This document shows, one piece after another, positions 25,801-33,402 of a stretch of 64,000 bases of DNA. The notes under the pieces are model-generated. The model ran no database searches, was not told the origin of the DNA, and saw only the letters and a program-made list of their open reading frames with translations. The DNA is taken from the NCBI GenBank assembly GCA_903864915.1, contig CAIPHS010000011.1, positions 14,634 through 78,633 of the forward strand, read 5' to 3'. The position numbers were made by a program, and so were the translations under genes. Source of the DNA: an uncultured Candidatus Woesearchaeota archaeon. GTDB lineage: Archaea; Nanobdellota; Nanobdellia; UBA10117. The number at the start of each line of letters is the position of its first letter. Position 1 is the first letter of the stretch.

Positions 25801-26230
25801 TGATAGTTATGTTAGCCAAACTAGCGTCTAAAGCTGTTGCATTAATCAGCACGAAATTTCTATTTATAGAAGAACCTGATGTTTCTGTCGGAGTTACAAA
25901 TTGTACCTGTGGGTCTGGAGCGGCTATAATTATGTTTCTTGTTTCAGTTGTATTTTCAAGTGAAACATTTTCAGCAGGCGCTGCATTCCCTGATTGATTT
26001 CCAGTTGCGTTTTCCTGGCCCGGTTGTTCTGTTGGAGTTCCTGTGCCGGGATTAGGAATTGAAAAGTTAGTTGAAAAATTTCCGGAGGAAACAAAAAACC
26101 TGCCCGTGATTGCTGGGCTGATGATTAGAAGATTTGTCAGGATTATGAGATTTAAAGATATGATTAGTATGAACATGATTTGCGATATTGATAGCTTACG
26201 CTTACTCTTCAGATATGACTTTCTCGCCAA
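22802..26230 (-). CDS. 1142-aa multidomain adhesin-like surface protein with C-terminal pilin-like module
   Basis: TTG start preceded by GGGAGGTGGTGG, and the same leader as the giant protein. Contains Ig-like modules, an FN3-like module, two discoidin-like modules, and a last ~125 aa homologous to the 167-aa protein. Confidence 0.85.
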   Translation of the reverse strand: MARKSYLKSKRKLSISQIMFILIISLNLIILTNLLIISPAITGRFFVSSGNFSTNFSIPNPGTGTPTEQPGQENATGNQSGNAAPAENVSLENTTETRNIIIAAPDPQVQFVTPTETSGSSINRNFVLINATALDASLANITINLYNSTSLINSTTTLTSPNFANFTDLSNGLYLFNATAIDTIGNSNSTETRNVTVSYQNLSIQVHTLKEGYTANQGINITDPDESDADAPQITSTYVGPSGGGGSGRFGLTGIESSQLLISAHVKGSRAVSNVTAQIPTSAGSEEVSLSLVNGSSTDGTWQAIWSSGNKLPGHYVVLLTATNSLGKKYYSYISVGDPPGLWILPSNNSDPTGLWTNLPNSMDGDTHTYASDNSNPGAGWGSFITFNVSQITSDRVRVWADYYTQVNAVDIDVVRDGNWTDVYQGPIDNLNWYEANFTIGNVTGGRFRFNYTVGGWIYWLYEFQFYNISTQVNLPVVTTREATAVEDDTAILHATTLSDGGDKCQIRFIYGENTSYTNATDWQSPEYTVFSMSSRINGLQNGKTYHFIAQINNSAGQTNGSDQSFTTGPAAVGWVSATGYDDPSNQWDNEISAFDDELVTETRSYHEANDPDGLMSFYLYLNRTPVLSDKIRFNAKSVDVDLATVDIYNGSSWINIYNSSFTDSAWTIASFNQTNVSQARIQFRAIANNRGFEWRLAEFNFFKTVTTAPENQSKLLNNGTTNASCYLLMKTQYWNGTTWLDDDVVVNETTPRQLQPSQILKLDTIWNPMNYSTNNLSFGDGAYRIYAACMNSTGGTIRNVDGSYVNTTYNFAYSITPPTVNITSPVNGTNYVLGSIIPIKANVTDAAGVSTVTANISYSIGYEIISLIYNATSGLWETGYSNTNYVDTYKITINATDINGVSNSIQYVYANIIDTTLPSVALSSPLNGYSTISPATVAFQCNATDNNNVQNISMYITNSSNQSFSLNQTAVVSGTSTHANFTLNLTTGTYTWNCKACDSSANCAFASSNRTLTVNVNTTCIASLSTSLLNFGTVAPGTDTGANSLLLRINNTGTATVTNTTVRGTNWTDSGSNNFIVNYTKYGDTNVTYTSLTSALTASDAALANGNISSGGSLDTYWGLAVPNAQNSAVYNQTITVTMNC
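26071..26217 (-). repeat. leader cassette copy B
   Basis: Partner of 20666..20812, offset 5405 nt. Confidence 0.9.
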
Positions 26231-26489
26231 AATCCACCACCTCCCTTAGTTTGACAGGAACGCTAAGTATGTGAAAAACTTCCAGAACATTGCGAAGATT
26301 TGCAAAAGAAACTGTGATGCAACCTTTTCCTAATCGCTGGCAACTGAATTTCTGCACAGCCCCGGGATGGAACTTGCCGTTTGCATTATATCCGAAGAGC
26401 CTTTTGTTTAGCAGAACTCGAGTGGCCTCAGGGCTGACATTTTCCCAAAAGACCAAATAGATGCGATTCTCTCTCCCAGTTAGCTCCAC
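26202..26489 (-). CDS. 95-aa cytoplasmic protein, unknown function (candidate locus regulator)
   Basis: GTG start preceded by GAGG. It is the first gene of the surface locus, and its 3' end overlaps the adhesin start and its Shine-Dalgarno sequence by 29 nt. Confidence 0.45.
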   Translation of the reverse strand: MELTGRENRIYLVFWENVSPEATRVLLNKRLFGYNANGKFHPGAVQKFSCQRLGKGCITVSFANLRNVLEVFHILSVPVKLREVVDFGEKVISEE

Positions 26490-26503
26490 GTGGCCTCGAA
26501 GGT

Positions 26504-26542
26504 AAGGTTACGTTCGTAACTAATAAAGGTTACGTTCGTAAC
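26504..26542. promoter_or_regulatory. tandem palindromic operator-like site
   Basis: AAGGTTACGTTCGTAAC occurs twice (26504-26520 and 26526-26542, period 22 nt). Each copy contains the inverted repeat GTTACG-nn-CGTAAC. Confidence 0.5.
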
Positions 26543-26680
26543 CGTCAGTTGAGAATTTTGTTTTACAATTTTACCAGTTAATTTATATTCTGCATAAAAT
26601 TATACACCAATCAAGCATGCAAGCTTCGCTTGTAGGTAATTATCTTACCTGCATGCTAACAAGCATGCATACTAAATCTA

Positions 26681-27895
26681 TTGAACATGAAAATCAAAGA
26701 CGGGTACCTGAAAGCAAATTCAATTCTATTCCTTACCATGCTTGGCTATGGCCTGGTAACAGCACTGCTGTCGGTTTACCTCAACAAGCAGGGTGTAAGC
26801 CTTGCAAACATTGGCCTGATTTTTTCCGTCGGCGCAATAATCGCTGGCCTGTTCAGAGTTCCGATTGGAATACTGGTTGATTGCCTTGGCAAAAAAAGAT
26901 TTTTGATAATAGGCGCCATCGGCTACCCGCTCTTCTCCATAGGACTAATTTATGCGAGCACTGTCAGTCATTACATCCTGCTGAATTTAATGGTAGCTTT
27001 TTTTGACGCGGTCTTCTGGACCGCATTCAGCGCACACTTCTTTGACGTAATGTCAAAAGGCGAGGAAGGCATTGGCATGGCTGGCCGAAACATCACATTA
27101 TACACTGCAACAGGCATCGCACCCATAATCTCTGGTGTCCTGGCAACTAAATTCGGATTTGGAAACCTGTTCATGCTCGGTGCGGCAATTTCTGTTTCGG
27201 GCATCCTGATTGCCCTGACCTTAAAAGACCACAACCACGCAAAAAAATTATGTTATCAGGCCATGCACGAAGAATATGCCAACATACTAAAAATAAAGGG
27301 GCTTCCACTTATCGCCGGAATAATTTTCCTAGTGGATTTTGTCTTTGTTTTCTGGTCTATTTTCATGCCAATCTGGCTGCTGCAAGTTGGAGTTAGCCTT
27401 GGTGTAATAGGTGTGCTTCTGTCTGCCAATTTGCTAATAGGTGTGTTTTTGCAAATCCCAATTGGAAAAGCCATTGACAAGTGGCCAATCAGAACCATAC
27501 TGATTCCCGGATTCCTGATGTTCTGGCTTGGTGGCGTGCTGTTCTTCGCTTTCAAGAATTACATATCGTACTTCTTTAACCGCGCGATTATGCTGGGAAC
27601 AGGCTCTGACATGGCATACTGGCCTGCAGTCAGCATGCTTGCAAAATTAACGCCGACTGTGGACAACGGCGGCGCTGTTGCTCTGATATTTGGCCTGTCA
27701 GCCGCAATCAAAGGGTTTGGCGCTCTTGCCGGCGGATACTTGGCACAAATGTTTGGCATCGAAACAGTTCTTGTATCTATAAGTTACCTGGCCCTTGCTG
27801 CTGCAATAATCCTGATTCCATTAAAAATTCTGAAGAAAAAAGGCACACAGTTCCATAAAGTGCACCACCACAGGGCACACATACCCCTCCGCTAA
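26681..27895 (+). CDS. MFS transporter
   Basis: 12 predicted TM helices. The loop motif GILVDCLGKKR matches the MFS D-R/K-x-G-R-R/K type. Confidence 0.85.
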   Translation: MNMKIKDGYLKANSILFLTMLGYGLVTALLSVYLNKQGVSLANIGLIFSVGAIIAGLFRVPIGILVDCLGKKRFLIIGAIGYPLFSIGLIYASTVSHYILLNLMVAFFDAVFWTAFSAHFFDVMSKGEEGIGMAGRNITLYTATGIAPIISGVLATKFGFGNLFMLGAAISVSGILIALTLKDHNHAKKLCYQAMHEEYANILKIKGLPLIAGIIFLVDFVFVFWSIFMPIWLLQVGVSLGVIGVLLSANLLIGVFLQIPIGKAIDKWPIRTILIPGFLMFWLGGVLFFAFKNYISYFFNRAIMLGTGSDMAYWPAVSMLAKLTPTVDNGGAVALIFGLSAAIKGFGALAGGYLAQMFGIETVLVSISYLALAAAIILIPLKILKKKGTQFHKVHHHRAHIPLR

Positions 27896-27926
27896 ACTTT
27901 TAAGACTTATTTTTTAAACAAATCTT

Positions 27927-28457
27927 ATGGAAGAAGAAACTCTCGTTCTAGTAAAGCCTGATGGCGTCCAGAAAAACATCATTGGTGAAGTTGTATCGCG
28001 ATTTGAAAGGTCTGGCCTGAGAGTAACTGGCCTAAAAATGGTAAAACCAACCGAAGACCAGCTTGAAAGCCATTATGTTCTTGCACCGGAATGGGTTTCC
28101 GGCCTGGCACAAAAAACAAGGGAATCGTTTGCCAAAAAAGGAATAGAATTGAAAGAGACAGATATGCAGATTGCCAAACGAGTGCAGACCTGGCTGAAAC
28201 AAAGCCTTGGCTCCGGCCTGATAGTTGCCATGGTAATAAGGGGAAACTGCGCTGTCGAGATTGTAAGAAAACTGGTTGGCTCAACAGAACCAAGGTCTGC
28301 AGCAGCGGGAACCATAAGAGGAGATTTCTCCGTTGACAGCTATGACTTAGCAGATGTTGAGAAAAGGTCTGTAAAGAATGTCATTCACGCATCAAGCAGC
28401 GTTGATGAAGCCAAGAGGGAAATAGCAGTCTGGTTTCAAAGAGTCATTTACTACTGA
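27927..28457 (+). CDS. ndk: nucleoside diphosphate kinase
   Basis: Contains ETLVLVKPDGV, GTIRGDFS and NVIHASSSVDEAKREIAVWF (active-site His). It carries an internal insertion relative to minimal NDKs. Confidence 0.9.
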   Translation: MEEETLVLVKPDGVQKNIIGEVVSRFERSGLRVTGLKMVKPTEDQLESHYVLAPEWVSGLAQKTRESFAKKGIELKETDMQIAKRVQTWLKQSLGSGLIVAMVIRGNCAVEIVRKLVGSTEPRSAAAGTIRGDFSVDSYDLADVEKRSVKNVIHASSSVDEAKREIAVWFQRVIYY

Positions 28458-28458
28458 T

Positions 28459-29058
28459 TTATTTTCTAATCTCGCCTTCCAAGCCGGCTGGCACCCAACC
28501 TTTTGAGCGCTCCAAACTAATCAGCTCAGACAATTTGTTAAATCTTGAATCAACTAAATCTATTTTGAAGGTTTGGTTATCCCTATCATTATCTCTTACA
28601 TCAGATGTTGCTCTTATAGCGCCACCTGAAAAACGCATATCATAAACTCTAAGGCAGTCCCGCAGATAAGCGCGGTCTATCACGGGAGCCCACCCGTACA
28701 AAAATGGGCTGATTTTCGTCGTGAATAATTCGTTTATGTCTATGTCGGGAATCTTATAGTCAACTTTTTTAGCGTAAAGTCTTTCTTGCCTAGTTTCGCC
28801 CTGCACTGCTAAGAGATAAATATTACATGCCGCAAGCCCATCGCTAACTACAACTATCTCTTTTGGGACATCGCCGGGTGTGTAAGGAAGGTTAAAACTA
28901 ATTGCACTAAATGGCTGGGTTTCATATCCTTCATCATACTTGTTCCATTTTTTTGGAGCACCGCTGGCAAACCAAGAGAATTGATCAATTTTGTGTACGA
29001 AAACCTTTTTGCCGTCTCTCTCTTCTTCATCAACTGACTCGAATTTTGTGTCCGCCAT
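28459..29058 (-). CDS. hypothetical cytoplasmic protein
   Basis: 199-aa ORF with protein-like composition and no recognised motif. Confidence 0.5.
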   Translation of the reverse strand: MADTKFESVDEEERDGKKVFVHKIDQFSWFASGAPKKWNKYDEGYETQPFSAISFNLPYTPGDVPKEIVVVSDGLAACNIYLLAVQGETRQERLYAKKVDYKIPDIDINELFTTKISPFLYGWAPVIDRAYLRDCLRVYDMRFSGGAIRATSDVRDNDRDNQTFKIDLVDSRFNKLSELISLERSKGWVPAGLEGEIRK

Positions 29059-29126
29059 AAATTTTAGGCGGATTAAAGTCTTTTAAAAGAAGCGATTTTG
29101 TAACCTTAATCCCAATAATTCAAAAT

Positions 29127-29873
29127 TTAATAAATCTCGTAAACTACATTGACATTTGCGGTTACCGTAACATCCTGCGGCAAGATTGTTGCCGATTCCT
29201 GGACTGCAGCAACTCCCGCATCATTCTTCATAGCGTAAGCGTAAGGAAGGGCATAATACTGGTTTTCCGATACAGAAACTACTTTACCTAAAGTAACCCC
29301 TGAACCACTAGCCATTGCTTCTGCTTTTGTCCTAGCGCTTGCGGTTGCCTCTTTTATTGCCTGGGTTTTATATTCATTCTCTTTGGACGATGATAAATAG
29401 AATTCCACACTGTTGATTTGATTTGCCCCATTGTTAACTGCAACATCCACAATAGTTCCTACTTTTGTAAAGTCGCTCGTTTTAACCTTAAGATTTTGGG
29501 ATGCAGTCCAACCAGTCGTGCATCCTGGAGACATAGAAGGATCATATGGGCAGGATTGTTGGTATAAACTAACACTTTCAGTTTCTATATCTGAGGTACT
29601 AATTCCCATTTGTTTTAATGCAGCTATAACATTATTTGTAACATTATTTGTATAAGCCTGTGCTTCCTGAGCTGTGGGCTTTACAATAGATACTCCAACA
29701 TAAACTCTTGCCAAATCAGGTGCAACAGTTATTTCAGAATTTCCCTGAGCCTGGATAGTACTTTTGTTTACGAGGTTTTGATTAAAATAAGCATAAGTAC
29801 CAATTAATAATAAAATAGCTATGATTATTGTTCCGGATATAATCCATATTTTTTTGTCTTGTTGGTGAACCAC
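29127..29873 (-). CDS. SIMPL/DUF541-family secreted protein
   Basis: N-terminal anchor, then ITVAPDLARVYVGV...AQEAQ...VTNNVIAALKQMGIS..DIET, typical of SIMPL-domain proteins. GTG start. Confidence 0.7.
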   Translation of the reverse strand: MVHQQDKKIWIISGTIIIAILLLIGTYAYFNQNLVNKSTIQAQGNSEITVAPDLARVYVGVSIVKPTAQEAQAYTNNVTNNVIAALKQMGISTSDIETESVSLYQQSCPYDPSMSPGCTTGWTASQNLKVKTSDFTKVGTIVDVAVNNGANQINSVEFYLSSSKENEYKTQAIKEATASARTKAEAMASGSGVTLGKVVSVSENQYYALPYAYAMKNDAGVAAVQESATILPQDVTVTANVNVVYEIY

Positions 29874-29994
29874 AAATTAACTAGTGAGAACTGCCTTATT
29901 AATATTACGATAACTTGTTACATGACACATTCAGTATGATTTTTGTAACCTTTTTAAACCCCTTCCTAATAGTGGTCTTAGATGGTGATGCTAC

Positions 29995-31767
29995 ATGATG
30001 CGACAACCAATAATAACAGTGATGGGGCACGTAGACCACGGCAAAACCAGCCTGCTGGACTATATTCGTGGCACTGCGGTAGCAGCAAGGGAAGCTGGAG
30101 CCATCACGCAACATGTCGGTGCATCGTCTGTTCCGCTTGACGTAATACAGAAATTATGCGGGCCACTTCTTGAAAAATTCAAGCTCAAATTCACCATACC
30201 TGGCCTGTTGTTCATCGACACGCCAGGCCATGAAGTTTTCACAAACCTGAGACGAAGGGGAGGTTCAATTGCAGATTTGGCAATTGTCGTGATTGATATA
30301 ATGCAGGGCATGCAACCACAGACGAAGGAAGCAATTGAATTGCTAAAAAATTTCAAAGTCCCTTTTGTCATTGCGGCAAACAAAGTTGACATGATTGTCG
30401 GCTGGAAAACACATGATTTAGTTTTCATAAAAAACTTTGAAAAGCAGATGGTGCTCTCAAAAGAACAGTTCAACAAAAAATTATACGAATTGATGGGACA
30501 GATCTCGCAAATAGGTTTTGATTCGGATATTTACACAAACGTTGATGATTACACTAAGAAGATTGCAATCGTGCCTGTTTCTGCAAAGACTGGTGAGGGC
30601 ATTGCAGAGCTACTTGCATTGCTGACCGGACTGGCACAGAGATTCCTCGAATCTTCATTGAAAATGGAAGCCAAAGGTCCGGCAAAAGGAACAATCCTTG
30701 AAATCAAAGAGGAAAAAGGCCTGGGAACGACTGCTGACGTGATAATATATGACGGCACGCTGAAAGTCGGCGACACAATTTTGCTGGGTGGGATTGACAA
30801 AGTAATCAAAACAAAGGTCAAGGCCCTGCTGCGGCCATTGCCGCTGGTTGAGATGCGCGATGCTGGCAGGAAATTCGAAATCACAAAGGCAGTTTCTGCT
30901 GCAACAGGTGTCAAAGTTATCGCTCTTGATATAAAGGAGGCCATTGCGGGCGCACCTCTCATCTCTGTTGCAAACGAAAAGGATATTCCAAAACTTGAGG
31001 AAGAACTGATGAAGGAAATCGAATCCATCACGCTGCAGATACATAAACCGGGAATCATTTTGAAAACTGATGCCCTGGGAAGCCTTGAAGCCATGTCAGC
31101 CATGCTTGCGCGGAAGCAGTTGCCGATACAGAGGATGTCAATCGGCCCGATAAACAAGAATGATGTCATGGAAGCTCTTGCAAACCTTGAGAAATTTCCT
31201 TTGCAGGCTTTTGTTCTGGGATTTAACATACCAGTAGACGTTGATGCGAAAGCCCTTGCCGAAAAGGAAGGCGTCACCATACTCACAGATAATGTAATCT
31301 ACCATCTTATTGACAAGTTCGAAGAAATGATTTTGAAGAAAAAAGCAGATACAGAAAAAGCAGCCCTTGCTGGATTAATCTGGCCAGCCAAGTTCAGGAT
31401 TTTACCCGGCTTTGTGTTCAGGCAGACCAAGCCAGCAGTCTTCGGAATTGAAGTTTTAGCTGGAAAGGTAAAGACAAAATTCGCACTCCTGACAAGCGAT
31501 GGAAGGGAAATCGGCGAAATAAAGAACATCGAGAACGAAGGGCAAAAGCTTGATGAACTGCCTGCCGGCCAGAGGGCGGCAATATCCGTTGATGGCATCA
31601 CGATAGGACGGCAGGTCAAGGAAGGTGACATATTGTTCACGGCGGTTGACGAGGAAAGCTTCAGGAAACTGAAGGCAAAGAAAGAGCTCATCACAAAAAG
31701 TGAGATTGACTGCCTCAAGGAAATCGCAGAGCTCCAAAGAAAGCAAAAGCCGACTTGGGGATTGTAA
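29995..31767 (+). CDS. infB: translation initiation factor aIF5B
   Basis: GTPase motifs GHVDHGKTSLLD, DTPGHE and NKVD. The length and domain order are typical of aIF5B. Confidence 0.95.
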   Translation: MMRQPIITVMGHVDHGKTSLLDYIRGTAVAAREAGAITQHVGASSVPLDVIQKLCGPLLEKFKLKFTIPGLLFIDTPGHEVFTNLRRRGGSIADLAIVVIDIMQGMQPQTKEAIELLKNFKVPFVIAANKVDMIVGWKTHDLVFIKNFEKQMVLSKEQFNKKLYELMGQISQIGFDSDIYTNVDDYTKKIAIVPVSAKTGEGIAELLALLTGLAQRFLESSLKMEAKGPAKGTILEIKEEKGLGTTADVIIYDGTLKVGDTILLGGIDKVIKTKVKALLRPLPLVEMRDAGRKFEITKAVSAATGVKVIALDIKEAIAGAPLISVANEKDIPKLEEELMKEIESITLQIHKPGIILKTDALGSLEAMSAMLARKQLPIQRMSIGPINKNDVMEALANLEKFPLQAFVLGFNIPVDVDAKALAEKEGVTILTDNVIYHLIDKFEEMILKKKADTEKAALAGLIWPAKFRILPGFVFRQTKPAVFGIEVLAGKVKTKFALLTSDGREIGEIKNIENEGQKLDELPAGQRAAISVDGITIGRQVKEGDILFTAVDEESFRKLKAKKELITKSEIDCLKEIAELQRKQKPTWGL

Positions 31768-32375
31768 TGGTGAAAATAATAATTTTTGATATGGGTGGTG
31801 TGATAAGTGGCACAGATAGTGCAATACGTGCTATAGAAGACGAACTTCTTGAAAAAACTGGTGTTAGGTTATTTCCAATTAAAGATCAACCCAGTCCGCG
31901 ATACAGAGAATTCCAAACAGGCAAGATTAGCTCTGAAGAGTATTTCCAGAATTTGATAAATTTGTCCAAAGCAAAAATTTCTGTCAAAGAACTAATAAAC
32001 GTGTACAAACAAATTTACTCAAACGTAAATAAATTTGATTCTAAGATGATAAAACTTGTAAAGGATTTGCGAAAGAAATATGCTATTGCCTGCTTTTCAG
32101 ACACCACTGAAGTTCACAGACAAATAAATGAAGAAAATGGATTTTTCAAACTGTTTGATTTCAGTTTCGTATCGTGTGGATTAGGTGTCACAAAGAATGA
32201 AGTACGGGCTTTTGAAATTGTTATCGAAAAGCTAAAAGTAAAGCCAGAAGATTGCATATTTATAGATGACCGAGAAGGCCATGTTGAAAGGGCAAAATCA
32301 ATCGGCATAGATGCCATACATTTTCAGAGCTATGAGCAATTAGTTAGTGAACTAAAAACTAGGAAGATAATTTAG
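31767..32375 (+). CDS. HAD-superfamily hydrolase
   Basis: IIFDMGGVI (DxG/DxD-type motif I) and FIDDREGHV (motif IV). The ATG overlaps the infB TAA (TAATG). Confidence 0.75.
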   Translation: MVKIIIFDMGGVISGTDSAIRAIEDELLEKTGVRLFPIKDQPSPRYREFQTGKISSEEYFQNLINLSKAKISVKELINVYKQIYSNVNKFDSKMIKLVKDLRKKYAIACFSDTTEVHRQINEENGFFKLFDFSFVSCGLGVTKNEVRAFEIVIEKLKVKPEDCIFIDDREGHVERAKSIGIDAIHFQSYEQLVSELKTRKII

Positions 32376-33402
32376 AAACTGAAAATCCAATTAATCTTAC
32401 TCTTCTCTCATCTTCGAGGAAAGGAATCAGCAATTCTCTTGCAGTTAATTGTGCTGTCTTCTCATCATCTGTTGTCAGAATAGTTTTTGCCTTTGAAGTT
32501 GTGTAAAAATCTTCATACCTGACTTTGATTGTAATCGTCTTGTACTTTAACTTCTCAGATTTCAGCTGCGTTATGGTGTCGCTGATTATTTCTGCAAGCG
32601 TCTCAAGGATTTTCTTCCGGTCTTTCGTATCCCTTTCAAACGTTGTCTGCCTTCCGATTGATTTTGTCTCCCATTTCTCCACAATCGGCGATTCATCTAT
32701 ACCGCGGGCTTCATCATACAGCACAGAACCGAACTTACCAAACCATTCAATCAGTTGGGGTTTGGAAATATTTCTTAAATCAGAAATCTTGTAAATATTA
32801 ATTTCATTCAGCCGGAATTTTGTCTTTGGTCCGACACCCAGCAGTTCATCAACATCCATGGGCGCAAGGAAATCCAAGATGTAATCCTGCCGCACAACAG
32901 TTACACCGTTTGGCTTGTGCTTGCCGGCAGCAATCTTTGAAATCAGTTTGTTTGGCGCAACTCCGATTGAGCAGGTAATCTTTCTTTTTTCTTCCAATTC
33001 TGATTTTATGCTGTTTGCAAGCGCAACTGCTTCAGTAAAATTCTTGCATCTTTTGGAAACATCAAGGTAAAACTCATCTATGCCACCTATCTCAAATGCA
33101 TCTGCGTGCTTCCTGAAAATCTGCTGGCATTCAAGTGATTCTGCAACATACTTATCCATGTTCACTGGGATAAAAATGCATTTTGGGCATTTCCTGTATG
33201 CGATTGATATAGGCATTCCAGACCGGACACCATATTTTCTGGCCTCGTAATTGGAAGTTGATACAACGCCTCGTCCCCTGCCGTCTTTTGGGTCAGCGCC
33301 GACTACAACGGGCTTGCCTTTCAGTTCAGGCCTGTCTCGTTCTTCAACAGATGCGTAGAACGCGTCAAGGTCTATATGCAAAATTATTATCTTCTGCTCC
33401 AT
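32359..33402 (-). CDS. dinB: Y-family DNA polymerase IV (Dpo4/DinB)
   Basis: ILHIDLDAFYASVEE and SIGVAPNKLISKIA, with a little-finger region. Confidence 0.9.
   Translation of the reverse strand: MEQKIIILHIDLDAFYASVEERDRPELKGKPVVVGADPKDGRGRGVVSTSNYEARKYGVRSGMPISIAYRKCPKCIFIPVNMDKYVAESLECQQIFRKHADAFEIGGIDEFYLDVSKRCKNFTEAVALANSIKSELEEKRKITCSIGVAPNKLISKIAAGKHKPNGVTVVRQDYILDFLAPMDVDELLGVGPKTKFRLNEINIYKISDLRNISKPQLIEWFGKFGSVLYDEARGIDESPIVEKWETKSIGRQTTFERDTKDRKKILETLAEIISDTITQLKSEKLKYKTITIKVRYEDFYTTSKAKTILTTDDEKTAQLTARELLIPFLEDERRVRLIGFSVSKLSS

Noticed and set aside
9564-26230. Diversity-generating retroelement targeting of the surface proteins, which is known in some DPANN archaea.
   Set aside because: No reverse transcriptase ORF is present. 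I could see no template/variable repeat pair with adenine-specific mismatches. Differences between the two leader copies are not A-biased.
26617-26880. 87-aa plus ORF upstream of and overlapping the MFS start.
   Set aside because: It is in a different frame from a clear 12-TM transporter whose ATG is at 26681, and its composition is odd. The gcatgc-rich sequence at 26610-26670 was noted but is too irregular to call a site.
30549-31286. 245-aa minus-strand ORF, plus 30060..30476, 30655..31044 and 31299..31824.
   Set aside because: They are antisense to the highly conserved aIF5B gene, with an S/F/A-rich low-complexity translation.
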